The translations under genes and the position numbers were made by a program. From Spirogloea muscicola (taxonomy: Eukaryota), in NCBI GenBank assembly GCA_009602725.1, contig WELB01000002.1:1086956-1150955 (forward strand): DNA of 64,000 nt, in the 5' to 3' direction. A model generated the notes under the pieces. That model was not told where the DNA came from. It searched no databases and saw only the letters and a program-made list of their open reading frames with translations. Shown one piece after another: positions 25,401 through 36,900 of the stretch. Position 1 is the stretch's first letter, and each line of letters starts with the position of its first letter.

Positions 25401-27568
25401 GATCACCGTTGCGGCGACGAACCGGCCCGACATTCTCGATGCCGCGCTCGTCCGGCCGGGCCGCTTTGACCGCAAGATCTACATTCCCATGCCTGGCACT
25501 GTTGGCAGGGCTCAGATTCTGGGGGTACGATGCTGCCAGCGATGCTCAAACCACTTCTGTCAGCAACTATGAGGAGGGTGGCAGCAGCTTGAGTCCTGCG
25601 TGACTGTTGGGTCATGCCTTTTCTTGATGCCTCACGTACTGTGCGTGCTGCAGGTGCACGCGCGCAACAAGCCTATGGCAGAAGATGTGGACTTCCGGGC
25701 GGTGGCGGAGATGACAGATGGCATGTCCGGCGCGCAGCTGGCCAATGTCCTCGACGTGGCAGCCCTGGCGGTCCTGAGGGACGGGCGCACGGAGGTCCAG
25801 ACCTTTTTCTCAGCCTGCCCGCAGCGTTACAGGCATTGTCTCGCTTTGCAAGCAGCCTTTAGATTCTTCTCTTGATTGATATACAGCCTCAAGCTCTGTA
25901 TGCACATCAACTGGGCGCTAAGTCGACACAGAGAGTGGCCTCTTGTTGAGCAGATCACGACAGACGACCTGCTGGAAGCTGCGCAGCTGGAAGAGGGTGG
26001 CTTTCCAGACCCCCATGACCGCACCCTTGAGGTCCAGCGTAAGCTGGCTCTCCTGGAGTCGTCCCAGGCTGTGGTCGCCTACAACTTCTCCGATTTCCGC
26101 GGCATACAGATGGCAAGTGATACGTATCGCCACTGCAGCAGACATTCTGTCCATATGCATGTCTTGCTCATAACAATTGCTCATAACAAATGCTGGTCAG
26201 ACTGTCTGGGCATCTGTATCGCGTATCAATCTAAAGGACCCATCCTGCTAATAGATTATTGCAGTATTTAGACATGTGATAGGGAGCTATTGCATTGATG
26301 GCTGTTCTTGGGCCTTTGAATGGTGCTGAGTCTGCTTGTGGATATGCAGCTGACAATTGTCCCGCGCATGGGGGAGGAGAAGGGCGCAATTCGCTTCAAG
26401 AGTGACCCCAGCAAGTTTCAGCTGCAGTCTGTGAGGTACGGCGCTATCACCAGGGGATGGCATGCCATGAGCACTTGGTATAGGCGCCCTATGGCCCAGG
26501 AGTACTATGCTGACTACGGCTGGTCGTATGATGTGCAGCAAGCAGATGGTCCTGGACTACATTGCAATACAGTTGGCGCCCCGCGTGGCAGACGAGATGT
26601 GGAATGGCGCCGAGAATGTGGGGCCCCTGACTCTGAAGTGCTATGCAGTAGGGTCCCTGGGGCCGTTAAGTCGAGTTGGATAAGGCTGTGTTGAGTATCA
26701 ACAACCGCATGGCTGTACTAAGACTAGCTGGAACAATTGGACATGACAGGTTAGTCCTGTCGATGCCAGTCTAGTCACACACGGGCTTTGCTCAATGTCG
26801 TCCGTTTTCGTGGTCCCTGCAGCTGAGTACCATTTGGGCAGACCAGGTCAACAATGCGCGGCGGATGGCTCGCAGCATGGCATTTACTGGCCTTTCGGAC
26901 AACCCGCGGCTTTATGGCATGTTTGAGTCCTGGCAGGAGCTCAATCGAGTGGAGGTGCGTATCTGTGGCTGCACAAGTATTGCTACTTGCCGTGGCCACA
27001 GCTGCTGTGCATCAGGGCGTGTAACAAGTTTAGCAGCACATTCCTTGATTATGACGTACTTCGTTGTTTGATGCATAAGCCATTGGCCGATGCCAATCGG
27101 GGTTGGAATGCCTAATCAACTGCGAGCAATTGCTTAGCGCTGATGGAACACTGTTGCTGCTGATGGTTGCAGGAAGTTGAAGAGGAAGGACAGAAGGTTT
27201 TGGATGCGTGCATGAAGCGGGCCAAAGAGGTGAACACGAGCGGCATTCTGCCCTGGCTGTTGTAACTCATCTAGGGTGCTGCGCTGGCAGAGCCGCTGTT
27301 GAGCACTGTGCAGGGTGCACCCGTGGTCTGGCAGATCTTGCAGAGTAACCGGAGCTTGGTGGATGCACTTGCGGAGGCGCTGCTCGAGAAGCAGAATTTG
27401 CGGCGTGACGACTTTCTGGCACTAGTCAACCTCTATGGGCACTATGGCGAGCTGCCGCCTTCCCCTACTATGCTGCAGCAACAAGCACTCACAAGTTTCA
27501 GAGAGGCCATGATTGCCGACAAGCGGAGCTCACGGGAGGCCCTCCTTGCAGATGGCACCCGACGATGA
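22491..27568 (+). CDS. FTSHI2: Proteolytically inactive plastid FtsH-like AAA ATPase FtsHi2 (part of 5' end in gap)
   Basis: [16 protein letters not shown], a TM segment, [20 protein letters not shown], Walker A GEPGTGKT, Walker [35 protein letters not shown] is replaced by [17 protein letters not shown] and LSTIWA are collinear with the recalled Arabidopsis FtsHi2. Confidence 0.9.
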
Positions 27569-28679
27569 TCCTACAGACTGCTTGTCAAATTAAGCCATTA
27601 TTTGTCAAGCTTGGTCCTCTGTGATCTTGCTTAGGAGAAATGCGGAATGCCAATCATTGCAGCGCCCTGCTGCAATCAGCACGTAATGCAAGCGATGGTG
27701 CTCAAGGTGCCATTATTGCCTGGTCTGTCTTCGTTCACTGGCTGGGCGCTGCAATCGTGGGCAACAAGTGGGACAGCGGGTCATAGCTGCTGCCACTGAC
27801 ATTGTGCGTTCTTCTCAAAAACGCCACAAGATGCTCTTGACACGCTCCCCGAGCGATTAGGCTGCTTCGTCACTGTAGGTGGTTGCTGGTTTGGCCACGT
27901 GATATGATCGATCTGTCAAGCGACGAGGTACACCTCAGTGACTCCTGCATCACCGTTCTCACCACAAGCAGCCTCTTATCCAATCAGCCGATTCTCCATG
28001 GCCCACTTCGGGACCATTATATCGGCTATTCTGACCCATGTGCTGGCTTCTTCGCTGACTTGCAATGTTCACATATGTATGTGAGAAGTGGGAGGGGCGG
28101 GGGCCGGGTCAAGTATTTCATATCCTTCCTAGGGGTGATGAAGAAGACAGCCACGTGGTAGAACAGACACGTGATCATCGCGCTGCGACTCCGCCTGGAC
28201 ACACCCACTCGAGGAGGCGGTTCGACATAGAAGTGCAGCGACGACAGTCTCCGCAGCAGCGCAGGGTGGCGTAGCGGTGTTGGGCGGCACGGCGCTCGGT
28301 AGGGGGCAAGCAACCAAGCAAGCCCCAGTTGCGACGGTCGCAGGGGCTTGGGCTTCAAGTCCGGGCGTCAGGATTTGGGGGCTTGCTAGTCAGGGGCGGG
28401 CAGGATTTTAGGGCTGGGAATTAGGGTTTCGGTTCCAGGGGCTGTAAGTCTCGGCTGCTGCGGGGCCAGGGCCGCAATGGCGGCAGCAGGCCTCCCCTGG
28501 GACAAGATTTTGGCAGATGCAGGGAGTCCGGCTGCAACCGAGGAATCCTGCAGTGGGGCCCTCCGGTTATGCAGACCACCAGGGGGTCAGCCCCCAGGGC
28601 GTCAGGCAGGTGGGCTAATGTGGGTCGGCCGACGTCGGTGGCTCCACGTTGGCGTCAGATACTCTGCAAAATGGATTCC

Positions 28680-28952
28680 GTAGTTTGGCCAATCACAGCC
28701 ATCGACCTCTACTGGAAGCGCCGTCCCAGGGAAGCGCGGCCAGATTGACTGGTGGCTGGGAAAGGCCAGCCCAAAGGAGTGGACAAGGTCTGCAGGAGCC
28801 GGAGTGCGAACGACTAGAAGAAGGTGCTCGCCCATTGAGAAGAGGGGCTGGCAAAGCCAACCCAAAAAGAATGGACAATGTTCAAAGCCAAAGAAAGAGG
28901 TGCTGAAAAAGGACTACACTACAAAGTGCAAGATGGTGCAGAGGGAGATGCA
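28680..28952 (-). mobile_element. Inverted retroelement 3' UTR modules directly abutting the 5' truncation point of the large copy
   Basis: Two minus-strand hairpin modules (~28753 and ~28845). 28815-28953 matches 872-1010 with about 2 mismatches by eye. Confidence 0.75.
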
Positions 28953-30880
28953 GACCCCCTCGCCGGCTTCTTCTTTGCGCTCGCGCACAACCGGGCTCTG
29001 CAGGCTACCGCTGCGGCCCACCCAGGAGTCCTTCTTCCCACCTACGCGGACGACACCACCATCGTCGGCCCTCCGGAAGACGTGGCGGCGGCCTTCGTTA
29101 CTTTCACGCAGCAGCTGGCCACCCTCGGCCTGACCATCCGGCCGGCGAAGTGCGCGGCTTGGTCCCCTGGTGTGATCCACCCTGGCGCTGCCCCCGGGCT
29201 GCCGGACTCCGGCAGACGGCTTCACCCTCCTGGGAGTCCCCATCGGCACGCCAGCCTTCGTGGAGGGGCAGCTGCGAGCCCGCCTCGCGGAGCACCTTCA
29301 GCCCGCGGCCCGGCTCCCCGAGCTGGAGGATATGCAGCTGTCCTTGGCCATGCTGACCAAGGCCATCGGGCAGCGGCCCCAGTACTTGACGCGGGCCACC
29401 CCGCCGTCCCCAGAGGCATTGGCGGCGTACGCGACTTTCGACGCGGGCATGGTGGCGAGCTTGGCGGCCCTGGTCCGCCACCAGGGCTTCCCCCAGTCGC
29501 CAGCCGCTATCCACCAGGCGGCGCTACCCATCAGCCACGGGGGTCTCGGCCTGCGCCCGCTCGTCCGCTCATGCCGGGCTGCATACCTCGGCAGCTGGGC
29601 GCAGACTGCCGCCTCCGTGGCTCAGCGCTTCATGGTCCATGGCCGGCGTGCACTGGAGCAGGCGGTGGTGGAGGTGGACAAAGGCGCGCTGCCGTTCCAG
29701 GTGGCGCTTCGCACCGCCCACCAGGAGCTGCTCGCGGCGCACCCCGACATGGCCGGCCAGGCGGTCTCCTTTGCGCACCTCGCGCACACCGCTGACCTGC
29801 GCGTCCAAGCGCGCTTCGCGGCCGTCGTCGACAAGGCCGCCTACACCACCGCCGTGCTGCAGCTTCCTGAGGCTGACCTGCGCGGGCGCGCGAGACTACA
29901 TTCGGCCTCCTCCCCGGGGGCAGCGGCGTGGCTCCAGGCACTCCCCATCACTGACGCCCTGACCCTCCCAGATGAGGTGTTTCGCACTGCCGTCCACCGG
30001 CTCCTGGGGCTGCCGCCTCCATGCCTCCAGGGCGTGCGTCAATGCCAGTGTGGCGAGCGAGGGGCCAAGCCTGGCGAGCTGGCTGCTCACGTCCTGCGCT
30101 GTTCCCATGGCGGCGAGAGGACGGCGGCCCACGACCGCCTCCGGGACGCGATGCACAGCATCCTGGTGGAGGCTGGCTTCGCGGTGGCAGCGGAGCACTC
30201 CGGCGTCATGCCGCTCCAGGCCAGGGCCGACGGTCTCCACGCTCGTCGCGTCGACCTGGTGGCCACCCCACAGGCCGGCGGGCCACGTCTGCTTCTGGAT
30301 GTGGTGACTACCGACGCATTTGACCGCTCCCACCCAGCCCAGTCTGCCACCAAGGCTGGGTATGCGGTCGCCTGCGCCGCTCGGGCAAAAGAGATCAAGT
30401 ACGCCGACCATCCACCGGAAGACGAGTTCTTCCCGTTGGCAATTGACATCCATGGGGCACTGGGCGCTCGGTGGCTTGAGCTACTTAACCAGCTCGCCCG
30501 CCACGCAATCGCCCGTCGCTTCCATGGTGAACCGGTAGACTTTCCTGCAGCCGGGTCGCTGGCGCAAGTGTATCGCATGCGCTTGGCCGTCTCGCTGCAG
30601 AGGTCCATGGCCCGTGCGCTGCACCTTCGTGCCGGGAGAGCCCTCGCTGCTGCCTCTGGCTCTGTCCAGGGGACCCACTTCCAGGACCCTAGCCTCTCTG
30701 ATTTGCGGCTGCTTAGCAGGGGTTACTGAGTAATTTGTAGCTGCTTTCTTTCTTTGTGTGCTTTGGTTTCTTAGCGCTTCCTCTGGCTTCCTCTGGCCCC
30801 CTTCTCGTTCTTTGTTCATTCTTTTTTGGGCTGGCTTGTCCAGCCCCTATCCTCAATGGGCGAGCCCTTTCTTCTTTTTC
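28953..30880 (+). mobile_element. 5'-truncated CRE-like non-LTR retrotransposon (partial RT, thumb, CCHC knuckle, RLE) with 3' UTR; one frameshift at ~29165-29210
   Basis: DPL (end of the QGDPL motif), YADD (29043-29054), LLGVPIG, ALPISHGGLG, AAYLGSW, GAAAWLQALP, CQC..H..RC, AHDRLRD, VDL..LLDV, KEIKY; ends SDLRLLSRGY* at 30729, then hairpin and TTC/T tail. A C-terminal RLE with these motifs fits the CRE clade. Confidence 0.88.
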
Positions 30881-30894
30881 GCAGCCCTTGCCCC

Positions 30895-32100
30895 CGCCAC
30901 ACCATCGCCCGGCGCTTCCATGGGGAGCCGGTTGACTTCCCTGCAGCCGGGTCGCTGGCGCAAGTGTATCGAATGCGCCTGGCCGTCTCGCTGCAGAGGT
31001 CCATGGCCCGGGCGCTGCACCTTCGTGCCGGCAGAGCCCTCGCTGCTGCCTCTGGCTCTGGCCAGGGGACCCACTTCCAGGAGCCCAGCATCTCTGATCT
31101 GCGGCTGCTTAGCAGGGGTTACTGAGTGTCTCGTAGCAGCTTTGTTTCTGTTACTTAGCGCTTCCCCTGGCCCCCTTCTCGTACTCTGTTCATTCTTTTT
31201 CGGGCTGGTTGTTCCAGCCCCTATTCTCAATGGGCGAGCACTTTCTTCTTTTTCGCCCGCCGCTTGGCCGACTGCGTAGCCCGCCTCCTCCGACGAGCGT
31301 TTGGCGCTGCTGGAAACAAAGCAGTCAGTCGTGACAACGTCGGCGATGAGCCGAGGCCCCCCGCCGAGGAGACCCAAGAGCCGATGGACCGCCGTCCTGC
31401 AGACCTCATATGGCATAGTAAGTGCGGCGTAGAGTGGGATCGCATTTAGCCACGCCGCCGCCCCAGGGGAAGAGGCCAGCCCCTCTTCTCTACGGGCGAG
31501 CACCTTCTTTCTAACAGCCATTGCCTTGAAGTGGAAGAGTTGTGAGCTCTTCCAAAGGGGGAAAAGCCATTTGTTCAAACTTGTTTGGGCTGGCTTGTCC
31601 AGCCCCTATCTTCAATGGGCGATCCAGTCAATCTGGCTGCGCTTCCAGACTGGGCGAGCCCTTTCTTCTTGAAAAGCCAGCCTGACCGTGAAAGCCAGCC
31701 TGACTGCAGAGTTGACAAGGTCCGAAGGGGCCAGAAAATGCTGAGCAGATGTGGAAGCAAGTTCCATGTAAGATTGGAAGAGCTGTTTCTTCGTTTTGAA
31801 AGAGCAGAAGATGTGCCTTACTTCCGGCTCCTTCTGACCTTGTCCACTTCTATGGGCTGACCTCTCACAGCCTCCAGTCAATTTGGCCGCCCTTTCGTTT
31901 CCTTTTCTCGAAGTGTTCCACTAAAGAAGAAGCACCTTCTCATAAACAGCAAGGAAACAGCTCTGTCAAAGAAACAGCGATGGCTGTCAAGAAGTGGGCT
32001 AGAGGCCAGCCCAAGGAGGAGCAGCTCTAAAGAGAGGCAATGGCTGTGAGACTAAGGAGGCCAGCCCAAAGGGGATTAGCAAGGTCGAAAGGCTGGAAGG
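30895..32100. mobile_element. Head-to-tail second 3' end (30895-31253), inverted internally deleted fragment (31255-31475) and further UTR modules
   Basis: SISDLRLLSRGY* at 31125. Minus-strand SSPGAAAWLNAIP..HRLLGL joined directly to GGGPRLIADVVTTD. Hairpins at 31202, 31587, 31855, and minus-strand at ~31996 and ~32042. Confidence 0.78.
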
Positions 32101-33035
32101 TGCAAACGTCATGGTAGCATGATCTTGTTCAGCAGTCGAGAAGTCCCTAGTGTCGCAACTACTGTCACCAAACCTAGTATTGTTGTAGCGTCATCGACAC
32201 CATCAAGTGAAAGTCAACGCCGCAGTTGTGGATGCTTCCCCATTATTCAATGGTGATCACCAGCATCATGTCTTGCTTGCAATCACGTGACAAGTGACAA
32301 CACTCAGCCAAGCAGCCAATGTCATAAGACAAGCATATAGACTGAATGCATAAGGCTTCCACCGGCCTCTGCTAAATCACTTGTGCACATCCACAATGAG
32401 GATGCTCTCATCTGCAGCGATTACAAGAGAAGCTGCCTGTGTGTAGGACCAATGTGCATCTGTGCTTACGATCGATCTCTAATGAAGTCCCCATTGAGCA
32501 ATTGGTGCACAAGGAGAGCAGTGTAAAAGCTGGGCTGATAAGTGGTGGAATGTCAGCAAAGCATCGCGCTCGGGCAGCCCCAGCAATGGGCTGAGCACAT
32601 GCGGCGGGGCCGGCAGGGCCACCCTGAATATGGGGCTGGCCACTGGCTGGGCCCGCCAGCAGCTCAAGCAGCGCCATTTGGCGGTGTTGGAGACAATAAA
32701 TTGAGCCAGCAGTACCCCCCCTCCCGCCGAGGCTAATTATCTGCTGGGCGCCTGCCTGGCTGCCGCACCGCTTGTTGGCAGCAGCAGGCTTGCGCTCAGT
32801 TGGATACATAATGACAATCGATGGGGAGGTGCAAGAGGGAGGAGGGAGGCGGCGCCGGTGGTCTCTCCCCACTGGCCCGGCAGCAGTGGCAGTGGCAGCA
32901 GCGATGCCGGCCGGGGGACACCTCGCGACAACTGCGGCCGCAGTGGCTGCAGCCATTCTCTTTGGTTGCGGGTGCTGAGTGGCCGGCTGGCCGTCACCCT
33001 CCACCCTCATTCCTCGCACTCACCACCTCCTTTGC

Positions 33036-33770
33036 TTACTTGGGGAGGGGCTTGCGGGAAGGGGCAGTGCCAGAGGCTGGGGCACGCGAGCCAGGGGCAG
33101 GGCCGCGGCCTGGAGACCAGTGCAGCGTCTCGCTGTACTCCTGATACGAGAAGGATGGCGTGGCAACCCCGAGCGTGGCAGTGTTGTCAGCAGAGCCATC
33201 GCCGCTCCCGGCCTCAGAGCTGAAATCAGAGCCAAGCATGCGCGACGCCACGGCTCCTGACGAAGCCGCAGACGGTGCCGAAGACGCCACGGTGCTGCCG
33301 GGGGCTGACACCGAGCAGCTGGAGCTCCCCAGGTGGCCCAAGCTCTCCACCAGCTGCTTCGCCACGTCCCTGCAGAGTCAGCGGTAGCCAGTGAGTCAGA
33401 TTTGGGGGAGCTGTGACGAGCCACCAGAGATGCAATTATGAGAGAGTCTCTGGGAGAGGAAGGGGAGAAGGATGCGACTGGAAAGAAAGGGGTGCAGGAA
33501 GTACAGCCAGAAAGTTGGAGAGAAAGGAGCAGAAAAGGAAAGTTTGGTGAGAGAGAGATGTGAAGCAAGGGGTAGTGGCAAGACCTGGAAAAGGGAGAGA
33601 TGACATAGGCTGGGTGCTTACCTGATGGTGGGCCGCAGGATGGCCTGGTCTTGCACACACATCCGCGCTATGTCGGCAAGCGCATAGAGCTCGTCGACAT
33701 TCCAATTGGCTTCAAGCGCAGGGTCCAGCATCAACGGCAGCTTCTCACGGTCAGCTAGGTACTCCTCAGC
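33036..33770 (-). CDS. 3' exons of a receptor-like (RLK/Pelle) protein kinase; the remainder of the gene is missing
   Basis: Exon 33770-33622 (CAG|..|GTAAGC) reads AEEYLADREKLPLMLDPALEANWNVDELYALADIARMCVQDQAILRPTIR, spliced in frame to 33369 DVAKQLVESL. This is the kinase subdomain XI pattern LDP.L..E..IA..CV....RP...V...L followed by a Ser-rich tail. Confidence 0.75.
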
Positions 33771-33802
33771 CTGTGGTTACCATTGGAATAAGCAGTTAGC
33801 AG

Positions 33803-33806
33803 CGAG

Positions 33807-33900
<94 letters not shown>
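33803..33900 (+). repeat. (AG)n microsatellite ending at a single-N contig junction
   Basis: About 48 AG units, followed by N at 33901. Confidence 0.95.
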
Positions 33901-33901
33901 N

Positions 33902-36900
33902 GAGGACGAGGAGGAGGAGGAGGCAAGGGCAGCGACGGCCGCGCCGGCGCTCGAGGCGCGGCGGGGCGAGGCTGCGGATTCGGGCTCTGCCGAGCTGGTG
34001 CAGTCGGCCGCGGCGGACGCGACAGCCAAGTGGTCGTGGCCCCTCCCCGTCGTGGCGGCGTGGCCGAGCGCCACGGAGTGGCCTCCGCAGCCGCTGTGCT
34101 GGCCGTACGAGCGCACCGTGACGCTGGCCAATGTGGGCGCCACGCCGCTGGAGCTGCGCAGCGCCGCCGTGGCCGGCGGCAACGCCCAGTTCTGGGTGGC
34201 CGGCTTCGAGCCCCGCAGCCTGCCGGTGGGCGAGCGCACCGCCGTCAGCGTCGCATTCCTGCCGCGCGCGCTGGGCGGCGCCGAGGCCACGCTGGTCGTC
34301 CAGAGCAGCGCCGGCGACATTCTGCTGCCATTACGGGGGACTGGCGTGGTGTCGCCCTATGGAGTTGCGCCGCTGTCCCGGCTGTCGGTGCCGGTTGCAA
34401 GCAGATTCTCGCACCACCTCGTGCTGCACAATCCGTATGCCAAGGGCCTCCACCTGCTCGAGGCTCACCTCCCTGAGGACCACTTCAAGCTTGACCTGCT
34501 TCGGCCCGGAGATGTAGCATCCGCCACCAGCAACAACGACGCTGTGGGGCCGCTGGGCCTCTGGCAGATCGCCCCTGGCGAGACGCGCGCGGTGCTGGTT
34601 GTCGAGTTTGTCGCGCCAGCGCCAGGGCATTACCACAGCATGCTGCACATTGAGCTCGGGCGCAACCTCCACTGTCACAATTGGACGCACTCCCTCCTTA
34701 TTCCCATCGATATTGAGGTTCCGCATGCTGCTGCATCTGACTGCCTGCCTTTGATCTGCACAAAGCGACGCTGCCTGGGAGCACTGCTCTAAAGCCTGCC
34801 ATCCCAATCCCCCACACGGCACCTTCGCTTGTCTGGCGCCTCTGCTGGTGCTTGTGCTTGAATCATGTTGTTGGGATCTGGAAGCAAGCGGCGATGAGCC
34901 ATCTCGGACCACCTCACTCTCATCCCCCTGTCTGTGCAGGCTTGTATGGTGAACTTAAAAGTGGTGCCTGATGTACTCGACTTTGGTACTCTCCTGGGCA
35001 GGAGCCCCTCCAAGCGCCTCCCGCTGAGGTTGCTGAATGTCGGCAGCACGCCCATCGCTGTTGAAGAGGTCTTCCAGGTGACTTGGCAGCGGTGCTGTGC
35101 ACTGCTGCTTTGCTTGAGTAGCAATCATTACTGCTAATGGGTGCAGCTCAAGGAGGGCATTCTGACCAGCGGATGGAATGGATGACTGCTGTGCAGGACG
35201 CGGGCAGCAAAAGCAGCTTGGAAGTGCTGGCCATGGAGCGTGGTGCGGTGCTGCAGCCCGGTGTGGAGGCTGCTGTAGCAGACGTGCTCTTCAGACCGCT
35301 TGGCGATGTGGAGGTTGTGAACGGCACCTTGTTCGTGCGCACCAATGATACATCCGGTAGCAGCCTTGTGGAGGTTCGCTGCGCAGGTCGTGTCCTGCGC
35401 GGCGAGGTGACGGTGCAGCCACCGGAGCAGGCTGTGTTCTTCGCATTCAGGGCCCCATTTTTGGCAGCCGGAGCGGAGCAGGAGCGGCTGCTAGGCGACG
35501 ATGGCAACGCAGCAGCAGAGTGGCTGCCGCAACAGATGCCGTCCTCGCGGCCCAAAGCACAGTCATTTCGGCTGCGGAATGGCTTTCAATTGCCGCTGGC
35601 TCTACTGTCGGCGCACATTGTGCCCCCTGCATTCCAGCTTCTCAGCTTTCCAGCAGGCTCGCAAGTGGGGCCAGGGGCGCTCTCTCGGCCAGTCCGCGTG
35701 CAATACCGGCCCGATGACCCGACAGCGGTGCCCGCGGTGGCAGCGATCTCAGCAATCTTGTCGGTCTTCACTGACCTTGGCAAGCTGGAGGTGGAGCTGC
35801 AGGTCCACAGCGGCCACCTGGAGCTGGGGGGACCCCAGTTGCTCGACCTCGGCTGCGTCGCCGCAGAGGAGAGCCGCACTGTCACCTTCACGCTGCGTAA
35901 CCCCGCACCAAGGGCAGTCCCGCTCCTCAGTGTCAGCCATAGCCTGCCGGTCACGTCATTGCGCGTTATTGAGGTGCGAGGCTCGGACGGGATGGCGCTG
36001 CCGGAGCACTCGCTGCACCTGCCCGTCCTCGGGCAGACCCCCAGTGAACTGCAGGAGGGGCACACTGCTGTCTTTGCCCTGGAGGTACATGCCACGTGGC
36101 ACCACTCAGATGGCAATGGTGACCTTATAACTGTGACCTCACTGCAAATTATGGCACAACAATCGGCACTGATGTCCTTGCTAGCAGATGCCAGGAGATT
36201 GTTTGCCTCCTATCTGACTACTGAAAGGCCAAGTCTTGCTCTGTTTGCCCCCAAATGACACACAGGTTCGAGCTGGAAAGGCCGAGGATGGTGCAGCCAG
36301 GGGGGCCGTCGCTGTGAGGACTCTATTCGAGCAGCTGATTGTGGCCGTTACGTTTGAGCTAGTAGACGGTGCATTGAGCCTGTCGCCGAGCCCTGTGCAC
36401 TTCCAGCCATCCTTCCCGGGGCGCATAAAGACGGTCCCCCTGCGCGCGCTCTCCACGTTCCCACGCCCCATCTTGCTGCAGGCGGTGTTGTCGTCAGACC
36501 CCCGCTTACTTGTGGGGCTCACTGCCACAAAGTTGGATCCGGGCAAGGAGACCGAAATTGCAACTCTCACTCTGGATCTCTCCCTCGGGCGACACTCTGA
36601 CTACGTTCTTGCCGGCTCCCCGCGAGCGGCAGCTTGTGCTGACATGTCAGGTGAGCAAACCATAAGCAAACCATAAGCTATCTCTTGGCAGCAGTACCCG
36701 TATCTTATCTTCCCAAGTTTGGGTCATGGTGAATATGTTGGCTGGCTTCCTAGAAGAGTCATTTTATTTGTGTCCCACCATGAGAGTCATGAGCTCATGG
36801 TTCCTGTCTGTGAGTGTCCACTCAACATGGAATTCAATGTCTATGAGCGTATAGGTACCCAACTGGACAGCAGTCGGCCATGCTTGGCCGGGGACAAGTC

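Noticed and set aside
25990..26080. Missing HEXXH in the FtsH gene as a sign of pseudogenisation
   Set aside because: Expected for the FtsHi subfamily; the reading frame is otherwise intact.
30720..30880. Selenocysteine or readthrough at the conserved TGA followed by a hairpin
   Set aside because: No SECIS-like AUGA/AA/GA arrangement is visible, the downstream frame is not conserved between copies, and TGA is expected in a GC-rich genome.
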